From contig JACKAB010000007.1 of the NCBI GenBank assembly GCA_020635285.1, positions 385,120-449,119 on the forward strand: 64,000 nt of DNA, in the 5' to 3' direction. Below are positions 10,201-18,665 of the stretch, piece after piece; the first letter of the stretch is position 1; every line of letters starts with the position of its first letter. A model generated the notes under the pieces. The model saw only the letters and a program-made list of their open reading frames with translations, was not told where the DNA came from and searched no databases. The DNA is from Ignavibacteriales bacterium. GTDB taxonomy: Bacteria; Bacteroidota; Ignavibacteria; Ignavibacteriales; Melioribacteraceae. The translations under genes were made by a program, and so were the position numbers.

Positions 10201-13200
10201 CTCTTTTATTATTGATGAAAGATTTTCTTTGTCATCGGAAAGTTCTTCAATTTTAGAACTCAAATTATTTACTATTTCTTTATGCTTTTCAGAGTTTAAT
10301 TGAATTGCTTGGGTTGCTTCATTTAATTTATCGTTTAAATCAATAACTAAATTTTCTTTTTCACTTACTTGATCATGCAGAGTGTTAACTACATTAGAAA
10401 GCTCTTCTGCTTTATTCTTAATTATTTCATTAAGTTCAATTTGTTTGCTAATTTCAGCTTTTTGATTTGAATTAAACTCTACTTGAACTTTTATTTTTGC
10501 TTCAAGGTTCTTTTTCTCATCAGCAATTGATTCAATTTTTGCGCTTAAGTTGTTTATAATTTCTTTGCTCTTTTCTTTACTTTCTTTTAACTCAACTAAA
10601 TTAGATTCCCTTTCACGAATTTGTGTGTTCAAATCTTCAACCAAATTATTTGAGTAATCAACAGTTTCTTTTAACTTATTGATTTCTGTATCACGATTGG
10701 AAATATCTTCTCTTAATTTATCAATTGTGTTTTGGCTACCATCAACAATGATTTTGGTTTGGTTTATTTCATTGTTCAGTTCAGCAATTGAGTTTGTTAA
10801 TGAATTAATGTTTTCATCTTTCAAATCTAATTCAACAGTTAGCCCGTTAATTTGAGTTTGTTTTTCTTTTACATCATTGTTTAATTCATCAATTTGTTTT
10901 TGGTTAATTTCTATTTCAGATTTGAATGAATCGATCAAATTGCTTTTTTCATAAATAATATTATTAAGGCTTTCTACCTTTTCACTTAATGAACTAAGTT
11001 CGTTTTCTTGATCATAATTTTGTTGAGATAAATCATTTATGCGATTGTTTGAATCTTCAATATTTATTTTTAGAGATTCAATTTCAGAAACTTTTTCTTC
11101 AACGCTTAAAATTAATTTTTGTTCTGATTTGGTTCTTTCCAAGAGATCATTTTCCAGTTCAGTGTTTCTTTCAAAAGCCTTTTGATACTCAACTTTGATT
11201 TCTTCTAATTGTTTACTTGTGCCATCTAACTCAACATTTAATGAGTTAATGTTTTGATTTTGATTATTAACTACTTCTTTTAATTCATTTTCAGATGCTC
11301 TTAAGTTTGCAATTTTTAGTTCATCATCCTCTACAGTTTTGCTTAAATCGTTATTTATATTTATTAGTTCGTTAATTTGATTTTCTTTTTGATCTATGTT
11401 TTGTTTATAATTATCAACATCTTGATTAAGCTCTTCAATAACTTGTACTTTTTTAGTTAGTGAATCTATAGTTTCTGAAAGTTTAGTGTTTATGTTTTCT
11501 TTTTCATTATTACTAGCTTCCAACTCTTCTTTAAGTGATGAATTTAATTGTTCAAATTCATTTTTAGTCTTATTTAACTGGTTAATATCATTTTGAAGAG
11601 AATTTATATATTCATCTTTTTGTTCTAGATTTCTTCTTAATTCAAGTTCTTTGCCTTTAGCTTTTTCCAATTCTACGCCAACAGCTTCAACTTTGTTTTC
11701 TAAAGCCGCTATTAAATCTGCATTTTCTGCAAACTTTTGTTCATTTGATTTAAGTTTTTCTAGTAAGTTGTTGATTGAAGAATCTTTTTCAGTTATAAGT
11801 TTAATTTTCTCATCAAGCTGATCTGATAATGGTTTTAGTGCTTCTTCGGCCTCTTTTACCTTCTCGTTTAGATAATAAATATTTTTATTTAATTCGTTAT
11901 TTTCATCTTTAGTAATGGAGAGGTTGTCATTCAATTCAGTAATAAGGTGATCAGCTTCAGTAATTTTATGACTCTGTTTTACTATGATTTCGTCTTTGTC
12001 TTTTGCTGCTTTTTCTAACTCGTTTTTCTTATCTTCTATTACTTTAAAAGCTTGAGTTTGGTCTTCAATTATTTCATTTTTCTTATTAATAGAGTTGTTT
12101 AGTTTTGCCACTTGTGTCGAAAGACTTGAATTTTGCTCCTTTGCTTCTTTGATATTATTCTCATATCTACTTACATCAGCCTTTAGACTTTCAATTAGGT
12201 TACTTTTCGTGTTAATTTCAGCTTCATACTTCGCAACTTGCGTAGTTGCCTCAATTAGTTTAAAATTAAATATTTCCTTTTCTTCATTTAATTTTTCAAT
12301 TAAAGCTTTCGAATCATTTATAATTGCTTCATTCTCTTTGATCTTATCAAATTGTCTATCTATAATATCTTGTTTTTTTGAATCAGATTCTTTTAGGAAG
12401 TTTTCTTTTGCTTTTAATTCATCTAAGTGACTTGATTGTTTTGTAATTATTTCATTTTTATTTGCTTCAGAAATTTTCAATGATTCACTATATTCTTTTA
12501 ATTTTGTGATTTCATCATTCTTTAGCTCTAACTTTGCTCTCACCTCATAATTTTTATTTTCAAGAGATTTTTGAGCATTTAATGCGTTATTATAATTATC
12601 TTTAAGTGTATTTAATTGAGTTTCATAATTAGATACAACATCCTTAAATTTATTTAATTCATTGGTTGATTTTGAATATGAATCTTTCAATTGAGCAAGT
12701 TTATATGATTGTTCCCCAATCAACTCACTTTTATATTTATCTGCTTCTGAAATACTCTTTAATTCATCTTGTAGTTTTTGTAACTCTTTTGATTGTTCGT
12801 CTATTTTATTTTGTTTGATCTTATCATATTTTCCAATACTTTCAAATTTTTCTTCACTTTCACTCAATTTTTTATTTAGTATATTAATAGTTTTGTTCTT
12901 TTCCTCTTCTAGGGTTGAGTAAGAATTCTTAATATAATTTAATTCTTCAAGTTTGGCTTCATTTTGATTAAAATTATTTCGCAACGAACGCAATTCTTCT
13001 TGAAGTATTTTGTTGTTTTTAGAAAGCTCATCTTCTACAAGTTTGCTATTTTTTATCTGTTCTTCATATTCAAATAATTCCTCGGTAGATTTTTTCAAAC
13101 TTTCTTTTAAATTAATTAGTTCAGCTGAATTATTTTCATAATCTTGTTTTAAGTTATTGAATGATTTTTCCTTTGCTCTAAGATGTTCAATTTCATTTGA

Positions 13201-14226
13201 TAATTTTTTAATTTCTACTTTTATTTTTTCATCATCTGCTTTACTAAGATTTGAAGCAGATTTGAGATCATTTATTTGATCTCTAAAATTCTCAATTTCT
13301 ACTTCTGCTATACTTAACTTTTCCTTAAGGTCTTTCTCGCGTGTATTAAGTTCTTCTAATTTATTTTTTAGTGTTTTTATCTCAATTTCTTTTTCTTCAA
13401 AAATGCTCTCATCAATATTCTGAGAACTGTCAATACTTGAAATGGATTGTTCTAATTCAATAATTCTATTATTATGGTTGGTTATTTGTAATTTATAGCT
13501 TTTCTCGGCATCTAATAACCTAGAAAGCTGTTCATTTTGATTGTCAATTACATTATTCATTTGTCTAGTTGTGCTTTGGTATTCTTCAACTCTATTATAA
13601 AGGGAAGTGATCTGCTCTTCTTTTTTTCTGATTAAATCATTGTATCTGACTATTCTATCGTTTAATTCATCAATTACTTTTTCTTTCTTTTTAAGCTCGT
13701 TAAACGAAACTAAATCATCAGCATTTTGATTATTGAGATCAAATATTGATACTTTTTTTTGTCCAGATTCAAATTTAACATTTGCCTCTTTTAGTAATTT
13801 TTCAAGATTTGCCATTATGGTTTCATCAACATTTTCCATTGAGTTTTTTAAATTGCTTAGTATAGAATTGTATTGAACTAGAAGAATATCCATATTTTCT
13901 TTAGAAATTTCAGCAAGTTTTGAGTCCATAATTGATAAAGCAGTAGATTTGCGTTTAGAATTTGCAAAAAATTCTTCTTGTCCAAAAAACTCATTTGGAG
14001 AAATAATAGAAGTAGTGGTTTTAGAAAAGCTGTGTTTTTTTAATAAATTTATTTCACCTTCAATCACTAAATATATTGAATTTGAAGGATCACCATTTTT
14101 GAATAAGATTTCTCCTTCATCCAATTCAATTATTTCTAAATCCAAATCCTCAAGTGTAATATTTGAAATGTTAGTATTTTTAAATAAATCATTACTTTTT
14201 AACACAGTGCTAATGTTGTTTTGCAT
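7258..14226 (-). CDS. giant 2322-aa protein: N-terminal cyclic-nucleotide-binding domain, ~2000-aa coiled coil, C-terminal STAS (anti-sigma-antagonist-like) domain
   Basis: The single ORF is uninterrupted. The N-terminus LFKNGDPSNSIYLVIEGEINLLKK...FFGQEEFF...RKSTALS fits the cNMP-binding beta-roll pattern. About 2000 residues are E/K/N/L/I-rich with heptad character. The C-terminus LIIDLAQCEFVDSTVLGVLVSSLKKTMSLGGDLRIV...ITRMDKVFKLFDNIEDA fits SpoIIAA/STAS, with the DS(T) position conserved. Confidence 0.85.
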   Translation of the reverse strand: MQNNISTVLKSNDLFKNTNISNITLEDLDLEIIELDEGEILFKNGDPSNSIYLVIEGEINLLKKHSFSKTTTSIISPNEFFGQEEFFANSKRKSTALSIMDSKLAEISKENMDILLVQYNSILSNLKNSMENVDETIMANLEKLLKEANVKFESGQKKVSIFDLNNQNADDLVSFNELKKKEKVIDELNDRIVRYNDLIRKKEEQITSLYNRVEEYQSTTRQMNNVIDNQNEQLSRLLDAEKSYKLQITNHNNRIIELEQSISSIDSSQNIDESIFEEKEIEIKTLKNKLEELNTREKDLKEKLSIAEVEIENFRDQINDLKSASNLSKADDEKIKVEIKKLSNEIEHLRAKEKSFNNLKQDYENNSAELINLKESLKKSTEELFEYEEQIKNSKLVEDELSKNNKILQEELRSLRNNFNQNEAKLEELNYIKNSYSTLEEEKNKTINILNKKLSESEEKFESIGKYDKIKQNKIDEQSKELQKLQDELKSISEADKYKSELIGEQSYKLAQLKDSYSKSTNELNKFKDVVSNYETQLNTLKDNYNNALNAQKSLENKNYEVRAKLELKNDEITKLKEYSESLKISEANKNEIITKQSSHLDELKAKENFLKESDSKKQDIIDRQFDKIKENEAIINDSKALIEKLNEEKEIFNFKLIEATTQVAKYEAEINTKSNLIESLKADVSRYENNIKEAKEQNSSLSTQVAKLNNSINKKNEIIEDQTQAFKVIEDKKNELEKAAKDKDEIIVKQSHKITEADHLITELNDNLSITKDENNELNKNIYYLNEKVKEAEEALKPLSDQLDEKIKLITEKDSSINNLLEKLKSNEQKFAENADLIAALENKVEAVGVELEKAKGKELELRRNLEQKDEYINSLQNDINQLNKTKNEFEQLNSSLKEELEASNNEKENINTKLSETIDSLTKKVQVIEELNQDVDNYKQNIDQKENQINELININNDLSKTVEDDELKIANLRASENELKEVVNNQNQNINSLNVELDGTSKQLEEIKVEYQKAFERNTELENDLLERTKSEQKLILSVEEKVSEIESLKINIEDSNNRINDLSQQNYDQENELSSLSEKVESLNNIIYEKSNLIDSFKSEIEINQKQIDELNNDVKEKQTQINGLTVELDLKDENINSLTNSIAELNNEINQTKIIVDGSQNTIDKLREDISNRDTEINKLKETVDYSNNLVEDLNTQIRERESNLVELKESKEKSKEIINNLSAKIESIADEKKNLEAKIKVQVEFNSNQKAEISKQIELNEIIKNKAEELSNVVNTLHDQVSEKENLVIDLNDKLNEATQAIQLNSEKHKEIVNNLSSKIEELSDDKENLSSIIKETESELTHLKKHISILEKTIEERERALEELSSELKIETTEIEKRLIDKTRQAEELQKSVLYLEEQLEIVQKGHNEVESFQEEQIEEKNAEIERLNQIENELRNSLSEKEKEYNKVFSEIEFLSSDLDIYKNQAEGKSEEVESLKADLNNYKIKLEDKNSVELLLNQQIKELNEKIAAVKDELEESKSNLESWIETENELKNSLAEKENQIQEFQNAIEENKSREAQLNQQINELSENISEVEKELEETSNNSELWKESESRLKNSLVEKENQIQEFKNAIEENKSREAQLNQQINELSEKVTEAKNQLAEGNNRLESFESVENELRNNLDSKNSELKELNSEIENLNEDLKAYQKQISNNYYEFNQVKTELNDYKLKAEEFNSIEEQLQNQIAELNQKLSNYNSNVSEKDQKIDLLAETIKQFEEKLNEKEEALEKNKRIIEEQNQTISEIEKELENEKLADNQYEHFNEKLQNLTLEHSVVIEENKNVHEENAVLVEQIENLKNQLNDVHNSNNSDSEQIQSISEEVEKLKHQLEQAQNLLVEKDRKLDTLEEELNAEKNGDSETTILLKKKIEALELTVVELNEVKESFEAEINNKSELIAELQSSVNNFNGDDTASEVAKQYEDKLQELQSELEKLNESKGSFESVIEEKNSIIEEQGRRLSQVKLQKTDREIEFIKLKEQIEDFKNEIEKLNEAKNHFKTEANKKNEELELISQRLEMINNQSLDNESDEERLNLIIENQVVKIAELQEQLDLLKAQNNSTNNNVSENITVDNEPMQVYTNPFDQETKVEITTEEQFEELTDEKENIPTFSFGNPITDSDEIVDFEHSENDDLELEELTKENNKIDKNSIVSELTSFDSDLPQFSQFSHLLYGDVSVVNVNLPRATMEIASKFKEYLNALFENHNSKLIIDLAQCEFVDSTVLGVLVSSLKKTMSLGGDLRIVWGDNTESSMFYITRMDKVFKLFDNIEDAIQSYLD
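9240..9720 (-). repeat. in-gene 189-bp (63-aa) tandem repeat within the coiled-coil gene
   Basis: The stretch ttttcacttag(c/t)tcatttat(t/c)tgctgatttaattgagcttcccgtgattt... recurs with a 189-nt offset (9309 versus 9498). The protein units are NSLAEKENQIQEFQNAIEENKSREAQLNQQINELSE... and NSLVEKENQIQEFKNAIEENKSREAQLNQQINELSE..., with diverged flanking copies. Confidence 0.8.
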
Positions 14227-14524
14227 TTCCTCGTCCTCTTGAACTTTCTAGATTAAATTATTATCGAGCAGTTTAGATTTTTTTTTAATTTTGTTTAAAT
14301 TTCCTCACTGATACTTTTAATTTCAAATATTGTGCCGTAAAACGTAAAAAGTGGTAATTTTTACTTGCTGTTTTTGTAGATTTTCATTCACAACCTTGAT
14401 GCTTAAAAACTGTTAGATTTGCAATGAAAATCAATTTGGTAATATAAAAATCCATATAGATGCAAATACAACTATATCTGGTGGTTTTATAATTCCCGAT
14501 TAATGTAACAATATGATACAGAAC

Positions 14525-14538
14525 GTGATCTGTGTCAC
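14525..14538. promoter_or_regulatory. CRP/FNR-like palindrome GTGA-N6-TCAC in the divergent intergenic region
   Basis: cGTGAtctgtgTCACt lies at 14525-14538. It overlaps a second palindrome, ACAGAacgtgaTCTGT (14516-14531). The site sits between the cNMP-domain giant gene and the cytochrome cluster. Confidence 0.25.
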
Positions 14539-14686
14539 TATTATAAGAATTCCTTATTTGTAACTCTGGCTAAAAATAGCCAAATAGGTGTTGAGGCATT
14601 TTGTTGTTATAATAAAATACTTTTGCTAATTTACACTAAGCTTTATAGCCTAAATTATTTTTTCAACTAAAATTGAGAAATTTGCT

Positions 14687-15576
14687 ATGAATAAACTTGT
14701 GCATAAATTTTATATTGGTTTTTTTATAGTTGTTACCATTTCTGTTTTGGTTTTGTTAATTATAAACGGATACTCTTATTATACTTCGCCATTTGAAGAA
14801 CGCTTTTTTTACCTAACCACAATTCATTAAAACCAAGTGGATTTATTGGTCATGGAATAGGAATTATAGGTTCATTTGTTAATGATTTTTGGAGTTTTAA
14901 TTTATATGATTAGAAAAAGAGTTAAATTTTTATGCGCTTAGGAATTTTAAACATTGGCTTGAACTGCATATTTTTTTTGCACTGTTGGACCAATTTTAGT
15001 TCTATTTCACACTGCTTTTTTAAGTTTGGTGGAATTGTTTCTGTTAGTTTTTGGAGTATGGTTGCAGTTTTTTTAGTGGAATTATTGGAAGATTTATTTA
15101 TGTTCGCATCCCTCGTACAATTGAAGGAAATGAAATGAATATGCAGCAAATAAATAATCTCAATGATAATCTTACAATAAATCTGGCTACAAATTATAAT
15201 TTACAAAAATACAACTTTAGAAAAAATTGCTGAACTATCTGATATTAAAAGTAAAGGAAGAGGTTCATTTAAATGAATTGTTTTTATCTCTGATTCCAAA
15301 TTATTTTGAAAAAGGAAAAAAATAAATACTATCAATTTCAGCATTAAAATTAAAAGCAAATAATATTTCTAAAACAAATAGAAAAGAAATTATTAAGATT
15401 ATAAAAAAAAAATCAGTACTTCAAATAAAATACATTATCTTCGTTTGATGCAAAGTTTGTTTAAATATTGGCATGTCGCACATTTACCGTTTGCTTTAAT
15501 TATGCTTATAATAATGTTTATTCACATTGTTGTTACTATTACTTTTGGTTATAGGTGGGATTTTTTAAATGCTTAA
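14687..15576 (+). pseudogene. polytopic membrane protein with conserved His residues (possible b-haem or ferric-reductase-like anchor), heavily frameshifted
   Basis: Stitched from several frames: MNKLVHKFYIGFFIVVTISVLVLLIINGYSYY ... KPSGFIGHGIGIIGSFVMIFGVLIYMIRKR ... LGILKHWLELHIFLCTVGPILVLFHTAFKFGGIVSVSFWSMVAVF..GIIGRFIYVRIPRT ... YWHVAHLPFALIMLIIMFIHIVVTITFGYRWDF. At least 5 frame changes, mostly at A/T runs. Confidence 0.45.
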
Positions 15577-15734
15577 AAATGAGAATAATTGTTCGATATT
15601 TTAATACTACATGTATTAATTACATGTAATATTGTGATACTATATTATAAATTGTGTTTATAGACCAAGTACTATCAATATTTTTAGTTTGGTATATAAA
15701 TTGATGGACTATCTTATTAATTATTTTTAGGTAA

Positions 15735-17091
15735 ATGGATTGGAAGTATTAATTGAATATATTTTTTACAGTTTTAGTAGTTATTATCTTAATTGCAATA
15801 GTCCTTTTTGCTTACTACAGTAAACATAAAAAGCAATCTCAAGTATAACTACCCGTAAAATTGATAAAGCAAAAGAATTTGGATTTCATGAACCAGTTTC
15901 ACTTCACCCTGTGATTAATGAAGATATTTGCATTGGAAGTGCTGCATGTGTAGCAGCTTGTCCAGAAAATGATATTTTAGGTCTTAGTTGGTGGAAAAGG
16001 TAGACTTGATTAATGCTTCACATTGTATATAGGGCATGGCGCTTGTTTTCATGCATGTCCTGTTGAGGCTATAACATTAGTAATGGGAACAGAAAAACGT
16101 GGTGTTGAATTACCTCATGTTAGTCAAGATTATGAAACAAACGTTAAAGGTATTTACATTGCTGGAGAATTAGGCGGAATGGGTCTAATTAAAAATGCTG
16201 TTGAACAAGGCACAAAAGCAATGGAAAAGCATTCTCAAAAATCCTTCCCAAAAAATAAAAAAGTAAATATGATGTAATTATAATTGGTGCAGGTCCAGCT
16301 GGAATTGCTGCATACTTTAACTGCGGCAAAAAACAATCTAAAATTTTTAACACTTGAACAAGATAGCTTGGGAGGAACTGTTTTTACATTTCCAAGAGCT
16401 AAAAAATTGTTATGACTTCACCAATGGAATTGCCATTATACGGCAAAAGTAAAACTACAAGAAACTTCAAAATCTGAATTACTTGATTTATGGAATGAAG
16501 TTTTATCAAAGAATAATATTACAATAAATCAAAATTTGAAAAAGTTTTGGAGATAATTAAATACCAAGATTATTTTGAGATAATTACAAATCAAGAAAAA
16601 TATACTTGTTCTAAAGTTTTACTCTCTATCGGTAGAAGAGGTTCTCCAAGAAAATTAGGAGTTCCAGGCGAAGATACAGAGAAAGTTGCCTATCGTCTAT
16701 TAGAGCCAGAATTAATTAAAAATAAAAAGGTAATTGTTGTTGGTGGTGGAGATTCAGCAATAGAATCAGCCCTATTATTGGCTGAGGATGAAACAAATCA
16801 AGTTACACTTTCGTATAGATCTAATTCATTTTTTAATAGAATAAAACCAAAGAATCTAGAAAAAATTGAACTAGCAAAAAATCAAAATAAGATAAATGTT
16901 AATTTATGAATCGAACTTAGTTGAAATAAATGAAAGTTGATGTAAAAATGAAATTAAAAAATGGAAGTATTGTTCCAATAGAAAATGATTTAGTTTACAT
17001 TTTTGCTGGAGGAGAACTACCAAATAAATTTCTTGATAAAATTGGCATTAAGATTACGAAGAAATATGGAGAGGTGGTATTAAAACATTAA
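15735..17091 (+). pseudogene. TM-anchored 4Fe-4S ferredoxin domain plus FAD/NAD(P)-dependent (thioredoxin-reductase-like) oxidoreductase, heavily frameshifted
   Basis: Stitched translation: CIGSAACVAACPENDIL ... CIGHGACFHACPVEAI (two CxxxCP-containing Fe-S motifs, each preceded by an upstream Cys), YDVIIIGAGPAGIAA (dinucleotide fold), KVIVVGGGDSAIESALLL (second fold), FAGGELPNKFL. ORFs 16023..16277 and 16547..16909 are fragments. At least 6 frame changes. Confidence 0.6.
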
Positions 17092-18665
17092 TCAAAATAT
17101 TATTTCTGTCATTAATATTTATAGATGTTTTAAAAGCTCAAATTTCACCCGGCGATTTGAGTAATGCTCATGCAGAATTTGAAGGAATTAGTAATTGTAC
17201 AAAATGTCATGACTTAGGGAAATCAGTTTCAAAAGCAAAATGCTTAAACTGCCATACAGAAATAATTGATTTAATAAACGAAAATAGAGGTTATCACCTA
17301 CAAAAAGAAGTAATTCAAAAAGATTGCTGGGTTTGTCACGGGGAACATTTTGGAAGAAATTTTCAAATAGTAAAATTTGATGAAAAGAATTTTGATCATG
17401 ATAAAAGTGGATTTGAACTAAAAGGAAGTCATAAAAAGTTAGAATGTAATAAATGTCATAAAGCCGAATTTATCACAATAGAAAAATTTAAGAAAAAAGA
17501 AAAAACATTTATAGGCTTAACTCCGCAATGCAAAACCTGTCACGAAGATGTTCATCAAGGAACTCTTGATGACAATTGTGCAACTTGCCACAATGAAGAA
17601 AAATTTAAACCCGCAATTAATTTTAAACATGATAACACACAGTTCAAGCTTACGGGAACTCACTTAAAAGTAGATTGTGAAAAATGTCATGTTAAGGAGA
17701 ATAGAAATAACAAAACGTTTCAAAAATTTGCTGATGTAAAATTTAATAGTTGCAATTCGTGTCATAAAGATTTTCACCAGGGTAAATTTGGTAATGAATG
17801 TGAAACTTGTCACAATACAAATTCATTTAATGAAGTAAATGTTTTAAATGGATTTGATCATTCCAAAACTAATTTTCCCTTATTGGGTAAGCACAATAGA
17901 GTTAAATGCGAAAATTGTCATAAAGAAAGTTTAACAAGTAAACCTAAATTTGCTAAATGTTATGATTGTCATGAAGATTTTCATAAAGGTGAATTTATTA
18001 AAAATAATATTCAGACAGACTGCAAAGAATGCCATAATGAAAAAGGCTTTTCACCTTCTCAGTTTACAATTGAAATGCATAACAAAACCAGTTTTGAATT
18101 GATAAATTCCCATGCAGCAATTCCTTGTATATCGTGTCACTTAAAAGAAGAAAGTTGGAAATTTAGAATCAGTGGCGAAAAATGTATCTCATGCCATTCA
18201 AACATCCATGAAAGTGAAATTGGCGCAGATTTTTTTGATGAAAATAATTGTCAATTTTGTCACTCAACATTATCTTGGAAAAATGTAAAGTTTGATCATA
18301 CCACGACCGAGTTTGAGTTAATAGGCAAACATAAATCAACGGAATGCAGAGATTGTCATTTCACTTTTGATGGATCAAAAATAATTGCTCAAAAATTTAA
18401 GCAACTAAATAGTAATTGTACACAATGTCACAATGATATTCATATTGGACAATTTATTGAGGATGGAAAAGAGCTTTGCAAAAACTGTCATACTTCATTT
18501 AATTGGCAGCCAAGTTTATTCGATCATAGTAAAACAAGATTTGCATTAGCTGGTGCACATCTAAATGTAAAATGTGAACAATGCCATAAACAAATTGTTG
18601 AAAATGATATTACTTTTATCAAATATAAAATTGAGGATGTAAGATGCATAAGTTGTCATTCTTAA
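17079..18665 (+). CDS. multihaem c-type cytochrome, 20 CxxCH motifs
   Basis: I counted 20 CxxCH motifs in ORF 17157..18665 (CTKCH, CLNCH, CWVCH ... CEQCH, CISCH), with recurring F.H......L.G.H....C..CH units. A signal-like segment KTLIKILFLSLIFIDVLKAQ is in frame upstream back to 17079 with no in-frame ATG. An ATG at 17066 is one base out of frame, so the true start is uncertain. Confidence 0.85.
   Translation: MKTLIKILFLSLIFIDVLKAQISPGDLSNAHAEFEGISNCTKCHDLGKSVSKAKCLNCHTEIIDLINENRGYHLQKEVIQKDCWVCHGEHFGRNFQIVKFDEKNFDHDKSGFELKGSHKKLECNKCHKAEFITIEKFKKKEKTFIGLTPQCKTCHEDVHQGTLDDNCATCHNEEKFKPAINFKHDNTQFKLTGTHLKVDCEKCHVKENRNNKTFQKFADVKFNSCNSCHKDFHQGKFGNECETCHNTNSFNEVNVLNGFDHSKTNFPLLGKHNRVKCENCHKESLTSKPKFAKCYDCHEDFHKGEFIKNNIQTDCKECHNEKGFSPSQFTIEMHNKTSFELINSHAAIPCISCHLKEESWKFRISGEKCISCHSNIHESEIGADFFDENNCQFCHSTLSWKNVKFDHTTTEFELIGKHKSTECRDCHFTFDGSKIIAQKFKQLNSNCTQCHNDIHIGQFIEDGKELCKNCHTSFNWQPSLFDHSKTRFALAGAHLNVKCEQCHKQIVENDITFIKYKIEDVRCISCHS

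Noticed and set aside
7661-14242. ORF-track entries on the plus strand inside the giant gene: 7661..7858, 7711..7896, 9777..10070, 12095..12430 and 13949..14242.
   Set aside because: They are antisense shadows of a low-complexity, AT-rich coiled-coil gene. They have F/S/L/I-rich compositions, no motifs and no start context. The 6969-nt minus-strand ORF explains the region.
14922-15233. ORFs 14922..15149 (-), 14932..15138 (+) and 15051..15233 (+) as independent small genes.
   Set aside because: The plus-strand pieces are fragments of one frameshifted polytopic membrane protein (14687-15576). The minus-strand ORF is its antisense shadow.
3785-17157. Programmed ribosomal frameshifting or transcriptional slippage as the explanation for the clustered frame breaks.
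   Set aside because: There are too many breaks per gene (5 or more in about 1.5 kb), in both directions, with no shared slippery heptamer or downstream structure. Assembly error or decay is far more parsimonious.
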